From Phycisphaerae bacterium (GTDB lineage: Bacteria; Planctomycetota; Phycisphaerae; Phycisphaerales; UBA1924): 64,000 bases of DNA. Below are positions 18,306 to 27,888 of the stretch, piece by piece. The position numbers were made by a program, and so were the translations under genes. The stretch is taken from NCBI GenBank assembly GCA_037139735.1, contig JBAXFU010000001.1, positions 4,603-68,602 of the forward strand. Reading direction: 5' to 3'. Positions within the stretch are counted from its first letter, which is position 1. Each line of letters starts with the position of its first letter. The notes beneath the pieces were generated by a model, which was not told the origin of the DNA, ran no database searches, and worked only from the letters and a program-made list of their open reading frames with translations.

Positions 18306-19196
18306 TCATTCGCGGCCGCCGCCCGCGGCGATGCCGCGGACGAACGAGCGCTGCGCGAGGAAGAAGAGCACGACCACGGGAGCAACGACCATCGTGCCCG
18401 CGGCCATCAGCAGGTTCCAAGGAGTGTTGCCGGACTTGCTCTGGTACATCTGAAGCCCGAGCGCGAGCGTGAAGTCGTCGCGGTGGGTCAGGAAGATCAT
18501 CGGCGCGAGAAAGTCGTTCCACACGTAGATGAAGTGGAAGAGGGCGACGACCGCCAGCGCGGGCCGGGAGAGGGGCACGATGATCCGCCAGAAGATGCCC
18601 CAGTGCGAGCACCCGTCGAGCCGGGCGGCTTCGTCGAGTTCCCTCGGGAGGCCCATGTAGAACTGTCGCAGCAGGAAGATGTTGAAGGCCCCGCCGAACC
18701 ACGCGGGCACCCAGAGTGGCTTGAGCGTGCCGATCCACCCGAAGTGGCCGAAGAGCACGTACAGCGGCCCCATGATGACCGGGAAGGGGATCATCATGGT
18801 GGCGAGCGTCAGGGCGAAGAACGCCCCGCGGCCCCTGAACGGAATGCGGGCGAACCCGTACGCGACCATCGCGCTGCTGAGGGTCATGCCCGCCACCGAC
18901 AGGATGGCGATGATGAGCGTGTTGCGGAGGTAGATCGGGAACTGCACCGACTCGTCGTTCCAGACGCCTCGGTAGTTGTCGGCGATCTGCGAGAACGTCG
19001 ACGATGCGGGATCGGGGAGCAGCCGCAGCGAAGCCGACGCCGCCTGATCGGCGGGCTTCGTCGAGGTGATGACCATCCACGCCAGAGGGGCCAACCACAG
19101 GATGGCCACGGCCACGAGGATCGCGTGGGCGGACCACCGCGTGGCCCGCGAATCGCGGGACGAGGCGTGACCGGCGTTGGAACTGTCGGCGGCCAT
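18306..19196 (-). CDS. Carbohydrate ABC transporter permease (MalG-like)
   Basis: EAA loop EAARLDGCSHWGIFWRIIVPLSRP with 6 TM-like segments. ATG at 19196; a TTG at 19226 is possible. Confidence 0.85.
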   Translation of the reverse strand: MAADSSNAGHASSRDSRATRWSAHAILVAVAILWLAPLAWMVITSTKPADQAASASLRLLPDPASSTFSQIADNYRGVWNDESVQFPIYLRNTLIIAILSVAGMTLSSAMVAYGFARIPFRGRGAFFALTLATMMIPFPVIMGPLYVLFGHFGWIGTLKPLWVPAWFGGAFNIFLLRQFYMGLPRELDEAARLDGCSHWGIFWRIIVPLSRPALAVVALFHFIYVWNDFLAPMIFLTHRDDFTLALGLQMYQSKSGNTPWNLLMAAGTMVVAPVVVLFFLAQRSFVRGIAAGGGRE

Positions 19197-19203
19197 GGGC
19201 GAC

Positions 19204-20121
19204 TCAGGAGCCTCGATAGAAGACAAGCTTGCGACTGACGAGGAACACCACGCCGGTGAAGGCGAGCACGATCAACAGTTGCACCCACGCCAACGCGCTG
19301 GCGTAGCCCATGCGGTCGAAGGCGAAGGCGTTGTCGAAGAGGTAGTGGGTCGAGAAGTAGGCCACGCGGTCGGGCCCGCCTTTCACGCGGTCAAAGAGCA
19401 TGAAGGGCACGATGAAGGCCTGAAAGGCGCCGATGCTCATCGTGATGACGTTGAACAGGATGACCGGCGAGATCATCGGCAGCGTCACGTTCCAGAACTT
19501 GCGGAAGACGCCCATGCCGTCGAGGTCCGCGGCTTCATAGAGCTGCTCGGGCACGTCCTGCATCGCGGCGACGTACAGCACCACCGCCTGCCCGATGCCC
19601 CACACCCCCACGATGATCACCGCCGGCAGGGCGAGGTTGCGATCGAGCAGCCACGGCGGGCCGTCGATGCCGACGATCGCGAGCACGCGATTGACGAGCC
19701 CGTACTCGCCGTTGAAGAGCCAACTGAAGATGATCGCGCCCGCCGCGAGCGGGACGAGCGAGGGGAGGAAGATCGCCGCCTGGAACAAGTCTCGGCCCCT
19801 GGCCCGGTTGAGCAGGGCGGCAAGGACGATGGAGATGACCGTGCAGAGCGGGATCGACACGCCCACGAAGATCACGGTGTTCTTGAGGGTCAGCCAGAAG
19901 TCGGCGTCGTGCAGGAGGCGGCGGTAGTTGTCGGTCCCCACCCACAGAGCGCCCTCGAGCAGCGGGAAGTCGGTGAAGGAGTAATACAGGCTCATCGCGA
20001 TGGGGATGAGCATGAAGACGACGAAACCCACGACCCACGGAGAAACCCACAGCCAACCCGCCAAGTCTTGCCGGAGGCGGTTTTTGCCTTCGAGTCCAGA
20101 TTCGGGCAGTGAGGGTTCCAT
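19204..20121 (-). CDS. Carbohydrate ABC transporter permease (MalF-like)
   Basis: ATG at 20121 (MEPSLPES...). EAA loop EAADLDGMGVFRKFWNVTLPMISP. The 735-aa track ORF is a read-through fusion with a shadow frame. Confidence 0.85.
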   Translation of the reverse strand: MEPSLPESGLEGKNRLRQDLAGWLWVSPWVVGFVVFMLIPIAMSLYYSFTDFPLLEGALWVGTDNYRRLLHDADFWLTLKNTVIFVGVSIPLCTVISIVLAALLNRARGRDLFQAAIFLPSLVPLAAGAIIFSWLFNGEYGLVNRVLAIVGIDGPPWLLDRNLALPAVIIVGVWGIGQAVVLYVAAMQDVPEQLYEAADLDGMGVFRKFWNVTLPMISPVILFNVITMSIGAFQAFIVPFMLFDRVKGGPDRVAYFSTHYLFDNAFAFDRMGYASALAWVQLLIVLAFTGVVFLVSRKLVFYRGS

Positions 20122-20135
20122 GGTCGTCGGCGGGG

Positions 20136-21557
20136 TCAGGCCCTGCCCCTCCTTCGCGCCGCCGCCGCGGACTCGTCGAGGACGTCCTGGGACTTGACGT
20201 TCGCCGCGGCCACCAGCGTCGCCGCGGCGTCCTTGCCGGTCCACACCTCGCCGAACATGGTGTCGCAGACGTCCTTGAACTGCATCCAGGCGGGCGTGTG
20301 CGGGCAGCGGAACGCCTTGGAACTGCCCGCCACCTTCGTGAAGGTCGCCAAGCCGCGGTTCGGATGGCCGGCCTGAAACTCGGGCGTCACGTCGGCCAGG
20401 GTCGAGTTCTTGCAGTGCACCGTGCTGAGGTACTCGATCGCCCGCTGCGTCTGGGTGAAGGCGATGAACTCCATGCACGCCTCGGGATGCCGCACGCCGC
20501 GGGGCACCACGAGCACGTCGGCATTGACGAGTCCACGCGGCTGGGCCGCATCGACCAGCGAATCCGTCACGGGGAAGGGAACCACGCAGTAATCGAGTTC
20601 GGGTCGGTACGCCTTGATGACGTTGGCGAGCCACGGACCTTGCGCGACGGTCGAAACCTTGCCGGACAGGAAGGCGTTGAGGGGCGAGTCGTAGTTGCCA
20701 AAGCCCGACCTGAACTTCTGGAGGTGTCCGAAGCTCGAGGCCTTCAACCGCTCGTTGCGAGCGGCGTCCGCCCCGGGGATGTCGTCGCCCTTGCCGAAGC
20801 GGTGCGCATTGCGCTGCACCCACTCGTACGCCGCGACGTTTTCCGCCGACCCCAGCAGCGATCGGTTCGACACCGTGTCGACCAGTTCGCCGCCGAAGAA
20901 CGTGCCCCAGTGGTAGTTGTCCCACCCCGGCTCTGAGGCGAGGAATCCGACTCGGTCCACCGTGCCGTCGGGTTCGACCTTGGTGAGCAGGTGGTTGACG
21001 CGGTCGAGGTCGGCGATGGTCCGCAGCGACGTCTCGGGATCGAGTCCGATCTCGCGAAAGTGCTCTCGGTTGCAGTACAGGGCCACCGACCCGCCGGTGT
21101 GCACCGCGGCCCAGACCTTGCCCCGATACTCCATCATGGGCCTCATGGCTTCGGCGTACCGCTCGAGGCGGATGGCGTGCTCGGGACGTGCGGCGATGTC
21201 GGAAAGGGCGAGGATCGCCCCGGAAGCGGCGAAGCCCGCCACGTTGGGGTTCCAAAGCCCGACGATGTCGGGCGGATCGCCGCCGGCGATGGCGACCTTG
21301 GTCTTCTGATCGATCCCGCTGGTGGAGAAGTAACGGACCCAGATGCGGTCCTGAGAGGCGTTGAACTCGTCGACGATCTTGATCATGGCCCGGCCCTCGA
21401 GGCCGGTCCACTTCTCCCAGTAGTCAAGGACGATCCGCCCGTCGGAGCGTTCCTTCCCGCCCCTTGGACCGAAGACGACGAATCCCAACGCGGCGGCCGC
21501 GAGGCCTCCCACCGCCGCACGGCGGGTCAGGTCGAGGTTGTGCGTCCCGGGATTCAC
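20136..21557 (-). CDS. ABC transporter extracellular solute-binding protein (family 1, sugar)
   Basis: Tat-like LTRRAAVGGLAAAALG. 473 aa, immediately upstream of two sugar-type permeases. The GTG start overlaps the upstream stop (GTGA). Confidence 0.8.
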   Translation of the reverse strand: MNPGTHNLDLTRRAAVGGLAAAALGFVVFGPRGGKERSDGRIVLDYWEKWTGLEGRAMIKIVDEFNASQDRIWVRYFSTSGIDQKTKVAIAGGDPPDIVGLWNPNVAGFAASGAILALSDIAARPEHAIRLERYAEAMRPMMEYRGKVWAAVHTGGSVALYCNREHFREIGLDPETSLRTIADLDRVNHLLTKVEPDGTVDRVGFLASEPGWDNYHWGTFFGGELVDTVSNRSLLGSAENVAAYEWVQRNAHRFGKGDDIPGADAARNERLKASSFGHLQKFRSGFGNYDSPLNAFLSGKVSTVAQGPWLANVIKAYRPELDYCVVPFPVTDSLVDAAQPRGLVNADVLVVPRGVRHPEACMEFIAFTQTQRAIEYLSTVHCKNSTLADVTPEFQAGHPNRGLATFTKVAGSSKAFRCPHTPAWMQFKDVCDTMFGEVWTGKDAAATLVAAANVKSQDVLDESAAAARRRGRA

Positions 21558-22030
21558 CGGGGATTCTTAGGCGCGCTCGGCTCGGCTCCCGCGGGCGGCC
21601 CAGAAGTCCCTCCCGCCGGTTCTGGACCCGCCGGGAGGTTGCCCGGCCCGTCCTTGATCTGGCGACGAACGTCCTCGGGCAGTTTGGCCCGAGCCCTGTC
21701 GATTTGCTCGTTGACCCTTGCCACGGCCTGTTCCCACTCGCGCTGATCGAACAGGAACCCGGTGGGCTTGCCCGTCTTGGGATTGATCAACCCCTGCTGG
21801 GGATCCAGTTTCGTGCCGGCGTCACGGAGCATCTTCTCGAACCGCCCCCGCGGCATCTGCGCCGTCTCCCCCGTGTCGGCGTACTTGATCGTCACCATCT
21901 CCTGCATCCGCTCGGGCGAGAAGGGCGACTCTTCCGCCCCCCGCTTGAACCACAGCCATGCCGTCACCCCCAGCAGCGCGGCGCAGAGGATCCAGCCCAG
22001 TGACGGATGCTTCTTCAGGAACTCCCGCAT
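21554..22030 (-). CDS. Hypothetical single-pass membrane protein
   Basis: MREFLKKHPSLGWILCAALLGVTAWLWF transmembrane segment, then a soluble domain with a Pro/Gly-rich tail. Translationally coupled to the solute-binding-protein gene. Confidence 0.6.
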   Translation of the reverse strand: MREFLKKHPSLGWILCAALLGVTAWLWFKRGAEESPFSPERMQEMVTIKYADTGETAQMPRGRFEKMLRDAGTKLDPQQGLINPKTGKPTGFLFDQREWEQAVARVNEQIDRARAKLPEDVRRQIKDGPGNLPAGPEPAGGTSGPPAGAEPSAPKNPR

Positions 22031-22072
22031 CGCGCTGCTCCCTGACCGCTCCGCATCGACCGACCCGGCGGG

Positions 22073-22870
22073 TCAGTTGTTGCGGGTGTAGTTGTGTCCC
22101 CAGTCCCAGAAGTGCGGCCCCGCGCCGAGCGGGTCGTAGGCCAGGTAGTAGTCCTCGAAGGCCATGTCGCGGACGGACAGATCGCCCATCAGCAGGTTGT
22201 TGCGGCCCTGGTCCTGACGGCCGGTGTTCGCCTTGGACGCGTGACGCGGAAACTCGTCGAGCGCGTCGATCGCGTACACCACCCAATCGGGCCTGCGGAT
22301 CAGCCGCAGCTTCTGGCCGGCGACGCCCTTGGCCACGCCGGATCGCATGTTGATCGCGGGGAAGTCGTTGAACCAGTACTCGGTGTACTTGGCGGGAGGC
22401 TCGTTGTAGTCAGTGAAGAGCCGAAGCGGTCCGGTGTCGGACTGCACCGGAAGCGAGTAGATCCGGCTGCCACCCTGCAGATACTCGATGTTCGCGGGGG
22501 TCCGCACAGACGAGAGTCCCTTCGCCGCGGCGCATTCGAACGCCTTGCTCCCCGCGCCCCCGAGATACGGATCGAGCACGTCCACCATCCGCACATGGAA
22601 GTAGAATCCCTCATACGGCGGCATTCGAAGATCGGGGAAGGCCGGATCCTTCTGATCGTTGAAGTACGACGTGAGCCCCACGCCGATCTGGCGCAGCGTG
22701 TTCTTGCAGAGCGTGTTCCACGCCGTTCGCCTCGCACCGCCGAGCGAGGGAAGCAGCAGACTCAGCAGCAACCCGATGATGGCGATGACGACCAGCAGTT
22801 CGATGAGCGTGAACCCCAGAGCCGTTCTCGGCGCTCGGTTCACGGACGTGTTGCGCTTCATGCGGTTCAT
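22073..22870 (-). CDS. Prepilin-type N-terminal cleavage/methylation domain protein (pseudopilin-like, DUF1559-like)
   Basis: ATG at 22870. ALG|[24 protein letters not shown] followed by ARR.A....C.N.LRQIG. The 651-aa track ORF is over-extended. Confidence 0.85.
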   Translation of the reverse strand: MNRMKRNTSVNRAPRTALGFTLIELLVVIAIIGLLLSLLLPSLGGARRTAWNTLCKNTLRQIGVGLTSYFNDQKDPAFPDLRMPPYEGFYFHVRMVDVLDPYLGGAGSKAFECAAAKGLSSVRTPANIEYLQGGSRIYSLPVQSDTGPLRLFTDYNEPPAKYTEYWFNDFPAINMRSGVAKGVAGQKLRLIRRPDWVVYAIDALDEFPRHASKANTGRQDQGRNNLLMGDLSVRDMAFEDYYLAYDPLGAGPHFWDWGHNYTRNN

Positions 22871-22929
22871 GGAAGAATCTCCACCGACGCCCACAATCGT
22901 ACCTTGCCGCCGATCCATCGTCGCTCGAT

Positions 22930-25419
22930 TCACACCCCCAGCGGGCGTGCGGCCTTGACCTCGAGATCCTGGGCGGCGCGAGCGCCCTCCCACCGGACCA
23001 CCACGCGGAGGGCGCGCCCCGCGGCGCGAGCCCGCTCGATGTCTTCGAACGCCACGACGGGCCGATCGGATCGGACCGCTCCGTCGACCTCGAGCACGAC
23101 GCGTCGCCCCGTGTCGCTCGCCGAGGCGTCGAAGGAGATCACGACGCGAACGCCGCGGAAGTGCCGAACCACCTCCACCCGTCCCAGCGATCGGGGCGGG
23201 CACGGATCGACGATCAGGCCGTCCCATTGGGGACGGATGCCCAGCACCCACTCGAGGCTCACTCGGTTGAGCCACGCGGCTGATCCGGTGTACCACGTCC
23301 AGCCGGCCCGCCCGGGCTTGTCGGAAAGAGGCCCGTCGACGTTGCCCGGCACGACGTAGGGCTCGGCGTGGTACGCCGCGGCATCGCCCGCGCGAACCGG
23401 CGGGGAAATGCCGTTCCAGATCCGCTCCACCGCGTCCTGATCCTTCATGCGACAAGCCGCGGCCAACGCCCACGTCGCGGCATGCATGTACACCCCGCCA
23501 TTCTCTCGACTGCCCGGCGCGTACCTGGTGACATACCCGATCGTCGCGTCGGGCGTGGTGTACGCGGGGTGAAGCAGAAGCGGGCCGTAGTCGGTCAGGA
23601 GCCGCGACTTGACCGCCTCCCATGCCGCGGCGGCGCGGTCGGGCGGAGCGATGTCGGCGAGGATGGCCCACGTCTGCGCATTGAGGTGGATGCGTCCCTC
23701 GGGCGAGCAGGACGCGCCGATCCACGCGCCGTCGTCCTTGGTGCCGTAACGGAAGTACCCCTCGGGATCCCACGCGTGGGCGTTGACGGCCGCCGCGTAG
23801 ATCGCCCGCGTGCGGCGATATTCGTCGCGGAGGGCGGCGTCCTGCGGCCGATCGAGGATGCGTTCCCAATCGGCGAGGATGACGCACAGGAACATCGCGA
23901 CCCACACGCTCTCGCCTCGCTCCTCGATGCCCATCGCGGAGAGGCCGTCGTTCCAGTCGCAACTCCCGATGAATGGGAGGCCTCGTTCGCTCGTCCGCGA
24001 GAACGCCCTCGCGATCGAACGCCGACAATGGTCGCGGAGCGATCGCGGCGTCGGGTCGTCGACGAAGGGCACGAGTTCCTCGAGAATCGTCGAGTCGCCC
24101 GTCTCGCGGATGTAGGATGCCGTCACGAACGCCAGCCAGAGGTAGTCGTCGCTGCAGCGGGTGTGGTTCCCGAAGTCAGCGAGCGCGTGCCACCAGTGAT
24201 GGACGCTCCCGTCGACGAACTGTCGCGAGGCGTGAAGCAGGATCTGGCGGCGACACCCTGCCGGATCCAGCGGCAGCCAGACTTGACTGTCCTGCAGTTG
24301 ATCACGGAACCCGAACGCCCCGCTCTGCTGGTAGTAGCCCGTGCGTCCCCACAGACGCCCGCTCACGGCCTGATACGGCAGCCAGTGATTGTTGAGCAGA
24401 TCGAAGTCGGGCCGGGCCGTCCGCACGTCGGTCGGCGCGAGGAGGTTCCCCCACCACGCCTTGGCGGCCGGGAAGCACGCCGCGGCCGCCCCGGGCGAGC
24501 GGAGCCCGTCGATCGTGTCGACCAAGGACGCCTCATCATCGGCGATGCACAAGGCGTAGTGAAACTCGACCTCGTGGCCCGGCGCCAGGGAGAAGTCGCC
24601 TCCGAGCGCGGCCACGGCATCGCCGAAGCGACCAAATCCGCCCTCGCCGGGTTCCGCCGCCGTCATCGCCACGGGCGACGCGGGCGTCCCGTACTTGCCC
24701 AGAAAGGCCTCCTTGTCGGCCACGGCCAACGGACAATCGAATCGCCCCGAGACCACGGCGAAGGCGGCCACGTACGGCCACGGACGATTCCACCGGCCCA
24801 CCGGCGTCTTCGAGGGGATGTCCCACATGTTCTTCCGGGCGATGATGGCGTGCCGGCCGGCATCGCGAGCGATGTCGAAGAAGAGTCGATGGAACTCCCG
24901 CTTGGCGTCCGGCGCGGCGTTGCAGCACCACTCGAAGTAACCGGCGAGCCGCAAGCGCCGGGACGCCGTGCCCGTGTTGCGGATGCGGACACGCCACACC
25001 TCGGCATGGCGATCGGTGGCGACGGTGAGCCCCCACGTCGTCTCGATCCCTCGACGGCGAGCCTCGAAGGTCGTCGCCCCCACCTCGTGCACGCACGAAA
25101 ACTGGTCGTAGGGCTTCATGCAAGGCTGGGGCGAGAGAGACCAAAGGTCGCCATCGTCAAGGTCGGCCAGGTACAGGAACTTCCCATGGCAATCGCGAAC
25201 AAGATCCATCTCCCAGCGCGTGAGGACGTTGTGCTGGGCATCGTCGAACCAGGAGAACCCGCCCCCGTTCTGACTGACGACCAGACCATACCGACCCGTG
25301 CAAATCACGTTGACCCAAGGCATGGGCGTGGCCGGATCGGTGATGCGGAAGGCCCTGCCATCCTGTTCGAAGTGGCCGAAGCGGTTGGCGAGCGACGAGA
25401 GTGAAGGGCGAGCGGTCAT
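22930..25419 (-). CDS. GH94-family glycoside phosphorylase (cellobiose/chitobiose/laminaribiose phosphorylase-like)
   Basis: ATG at 25419. The N-terminus ([14 protein letters not shown]...GGGFSW) and the catalytic-region motif [10 protein letters not shown] are typical of GH94; 829 aa. Confidence 0.8.
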   Translation of the reverse strand: MTARPSLSSLANRFGHFEQDGRAFRITDPATPMPWVNVICTGRYGLVVSQNGGGFSWFDDAQHNVLTRWEMDLVRDCHGKFLYLADLDDGDLWSLSPQPCMKPYDQFSCVHEVGATTFEARRRGIETTWGLTVATDRHAEVWRVRIRNTGTASRRLRLAGYFEWCCNAAPDAKREFHRLFFDIARDAGRHAIIARKNMWDIPSKTPVGRWNRPWPYVAAFAVVSGRFDCPLAVADKEAFLGKYGTPASPVAMTAAEPGEGGFGRFGDAVAALGGDFSLAPGHEVEFHYALCIADDEASLVDTIDGLRSPGAAAACFPAAKAWWGNLLAPTDVRTARPDFDLLNNHWLPYQAVSGRLWGRTGYYQQSGAFGFRDQLQDSQVWLPLDPAGCRRQILLHASRQFVDGSVHHWWHALADFGNHTRCSDDYLWLAFVTASYIRETGDSTILEELVPFVDDPTPRSLRDHCRRSIARAFSRTSERGLPFIGSCDWNDGLSAMGIEERGESVWVAMFLCVILADWERILDRPQDAALRDEYRRTRAIYAAAVNAHAWDPEGYFRYGTKDDGAWIGASCSPEGRIHLNAQTWAILADIAPPDRAAAAWEAVKSRLLTDYGPLLLHPAYTTPDATIGYVTRYAPGSRENGGVYMHAATWALAAACRMKDQDAVERIWNGISPPVRAGDAAAYHAEPYVVPGNVDGPLSDKPGRAGWTWYTGSAAWLNRVSLEWVLGIRPQWDGLIVDPCPPRSLGRVEVVRHFRGVRVVISFDASASDTGRRVVLEVDGAVRSDRPVVAFEDIERARAAGRALRVVVRWEGARAAQDLEVKAARPLGV

Positions 25420-25573
25420 GGGCGGCTGTCTGGTGACGCGGGCGAATCGACTGAAAACGCTTACACCCTGACGATAGCCGGTCGGGCGGCGGGTGTCGAC
25501 GCCGCAAGACGGGAACCGGTTCCCCCTCCGAAATCGCCGGATCCGCTGCACTCGCAGTCGTCGACGGGCATAA

Positions 25574-25587
25574 TGTAATCGCTTACA
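25574..25587. promoter_or_regulatory. LacI-family-type operator TGTAATCGCTTACA
   Basis: Matches TGnAAnCGnTTnCA at every constrained position. Lies in the only AT-rich patch of the divergent GH94 / dockerin-protein intergenic region. Confidence 0.55.
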
Positions 25588-25695
25588 TGCAGTGAACGCC
25601 CGATATCTCGCCCCTGCGGTTTCCGGTCCGTCGGTCGTACCATGACGGCCCGGCGGGGGTGAGCGAGTTCAGGTCGAGACGAGAGGAGCATCACG

Positions 25696-26619
25696 ATGAG
25701 GTCGACCCAATCGACGATCCGCGTCGCGGCGGGGGCGATGGCCCTCGGGGGCGTGTGCCTTGGCGCCCACGCCCAAACGCCGTGTCCGCAGCCGACGAAC
25801 TGCGTCAGCAACCCGAGTTTCGAGCAGCGGGATCAGTTCAGTTCGGCGGGCGACCCGACCGGATGGCACAATCTGTCGAACCCGAACGAGTCGAAGCGGC
25901 GAGTGATCGGCGACGGCCTGTCGCCCGCCGCGGTGGCGAGGACGGGCACGGCCTCGATCGCCCTCAGAACGCCGGGGAACAGCCAGTTCCGCGGCATGAC
26001 GACGGACTGGCGCAACTTCACCATCGCCGGCTTCCCCTTCTACGACCCCGTCTTCGACTATGTCAATGGCGGAGACATCGTCGTGAGCGGCTGGTACTAC
26101 ATCCCCTCCAACGCCCCCATCACCGGCGATTCGTGCTTCATCAAGCTCAACGTCAAGCGGGGCAACCAGGACTACGCCACGCTCGATCCGATGAGCGGCG
26201 TGAACCCGGCATGGCTCATTCAGGGCCACACCGACGGCCAGTGGAGGCGTTACGAAATCCGCTGGAGCATCGCCGACATTCGCAATCAGGTGCTCTTCAA
26301 CCAGGATCAGGGCTACTTCGCGATCCCGCCCTATCCGGATCACCTCAAGATCACCATCGGTCGATTCGGCTTCGGCAACGTGGCCAGTTCCGGCATCATC
26401 TTCTGGGATGACATCTCGTGCGTCCAGGAGGCCCCGCCCCCGTCCTGCGGCTGTGCCGCGGACTACAACGCCGACGGCGGGGTCGACGGCACCGACATCG
26501 AGGCCTTCTTCACCGATTGGCAGTCCAGCAGCGGCTGCTCGGACGTCAACCAGGACGGCGGGGTCGACGGCGGCGACATTGAGGCCTTCTTCCTCCTGTG
26601 GGAGGCCGGCGGCTGCTGA
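25696..26619 (+). CDS. Secreted CBM-like (jelly-roll) protein with C-terminal dockerin-like module
   Basis: Signal MRSTQSTIRVAAGAMALGGVCLGAHAQ. NPSFEQ...GW motif. Tail CGCAADYNADGGVDGTDIEAFF...SDVNQDGGVDGGDIEAFFLLWEAGGC. Confidence 0.85.
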   Translation: MRSTQSTIRVAAGAMALGGVCLGAHAQTPCPQPTNCVSNPSFEQRDQFSSAGDPTGWHNLSNPNESKRRVIGDGLSPAAVARTGTASIALRTPGNSQFRGMTTDWRNFTIAGFPFYDPVFDYVNGGDIVVSGWYYIPSNAPITGDSCFIKLNVKRGNQDYATLDPMSGVNPAWLIQGHTDGQWRRYEIRWSIADIRNQVLFNQDQGYFAIPPYPDHLKITIGRFGFGNVASSGIIFWDDISCVQEAPPPSCGCAADYNADGGVDGTDIEAFFTDWQSSSGCSDVNQDGGVDGGDIEAFFLLWEAGGC

Positions 26620-26660
26620 CCGCCCGTGCCGGGGCGACATCACGACTCGGATCCCATGAA

Positions 26661-26695
26661 GGCCCCGCGGTCATGCCGCGGGGTCTTCTCCTTCA
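26661..26695 (+). terminator. Probable intrinsic terminator
   Basis: ggccccgcgg-tcat-gccgcggggtc stem followed by the T-rich ttctccttc. Confidence 0.55.
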
Positions 26696-26802
26696 CGGAA
26701 CCATGGCACGCCCGGAACGCAACTTGAACGCAGTCTTAACAATGGCGGCTTGAGGTGGCGGTAAGGTTTCCTGCCTCATAGGGTCAGGACTTCGACCACG
26801 CC

Positions 26803-27780
26803 ATGAACACTCCACGCCGCCATCGTCACGCCGCCGCGTTCACGTTGATCGAACTTCTGGTCGTGATCGCCGTGATCGCGCTGCTCATCAGCATCATGCT
26901 TCCCTCGCTGGCGAGTTCTCGCGAGACTGCCCGCACGACCGTGTGCGGGTCGAACCTGCGACAACTGGCGACCTCGAGCGCGGCGTACTCCACGGACAAC
27001 CGGGGCCTTTTCTCGACGGGCCCCTTCGACAATCGGCGGAAGAGTGGGTATGGACGGTTCGACGAGGTGGGCTGGGTGGCATCGCACATCAACGGCGGCT
27101 ATTCGGTGCCCGGCAAGTTCCTGTGCCCGAGCAGCGCGTCGCGGGCGTGCCAGAACCTGAACATCAACCGGGCGAACTCGAACGGCTATGCGTCATTCTC
27201 GCAGGAGGAGTTGACGGAACTCGTCAACCGCGGCTTCAACACGAACTACGTGCAGTCGTGGTACATGGGCTACACCTCGATGACCTCGATGTACCCCACC
27301 CGGGCACCTGATCCCAAGGACATCCGCTACGTGCAAGGCCCGCTCAAGGAGAGCCAGATCCTGGGCGCCGCCAGCGTGTCGCGAGTTCCACTCTTCGGCG
27401 ACGCGGCCGCCGACGTCTCGGCCAATCCGGACCTGGTGGTGATGCCCGACGGCACGACCACGCCGGGCGCCAAGGCGCTGGGGGACGGGCCCATCCAGTC
27501 GGTGCTCGCGCCCTACGGCGCGGTGTGGGGCCGACAGAACTTCACGGACTTCGGGGCGGCCCACGGTCGGGCGAGAACCCGCAACTCGCTGGGCAACGAC
27601 CGGGTCTACGGGCAGATCAGCTTCGCCGACGGCCACGTCGAGATCTTCAAGGACACCAACGCGGACGGCGCCTTCGGTCATCGCCAGGGCATCGTCAACG
27701 GCATCAACACGCTCGTCTACGACGAACTCGAACCCAAGGTCTATGGCGGTTGGCTCAACCGCGACGGCCTGGCGTTCTGA
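26803..27780 (+). CDS. Prepilin-type N-terminal cleavage/methylation domain protein (pseudopilin-like, DUF1559-like)
   Basis: HAAA|[24 protein letters not shown], ...CGSNLRQL, and a C-terminal [11 protein letters not shown] (H-X9-DG-like end). Confidence 0.85.
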   Translation: MNTPRRHRHAAAFTLIELLVVIAVIALLISIMLPSLASSRETARTTVCGSNLRQLATSSAAYSTDNRGLFSTGPFDNRRKSGYGRFDEVGWVASHINGGYSVPGKFLCPSSASRACQNLNINRANSNGYASFSQEELTELVNRGFNTNYVQSWYMGYTSMTSMYPTRAPDPKDIRYVQGPLKESQILGAASVSRVPLFGDAAADVSANPDLVVMPDGTTTPGAKALGDGPIQSVLAPYGAVWGRQNFTDFGAAHGRARTRNSLGNDRVYGQISFADGHVEIFKDTNADGAFGHRQGIVNGINTLVYDELEPKVYGGWLNRDGLAF

Positions 27781-27790
27781 CACGTTCCCC

Positions 27791-27816
27791 GATCGGCCGG
27801 GACGGCCCGGCCGATC
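27791..27816. other. Perfect 11-bp GC stem-loop (gatcggccggg-acgg-cccggccgatc)
   Basis: Seen directly. There is no U-tract, so it is not a classical terminator. Confidence 0.6.
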
Positions 27817-27888
27817 CATCGCAGCATCAGCCCGCGGGCGGGGGCGTTCCCTGAGTCGCGGGCGGAAGATAGAGAGGATCCGGAGATC

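Noticed and set aside
19204-21411. Over-long track ORFs that fuse a real gene to an upstream shadow frame. Others of this kind: 22073-24028, 56039-58219, 35661-36854, 53061-54302, 37866-41759, 952-2472 and 4879-6246.
   Set aside because: In each case an internal ATG/GTG, verified in the nucleotide sequence, gives a canonical N-terminus (signal peptide or conserved family start), and the upstream extension overlaps a neighbouring real gene. I trimmed them accordingly.
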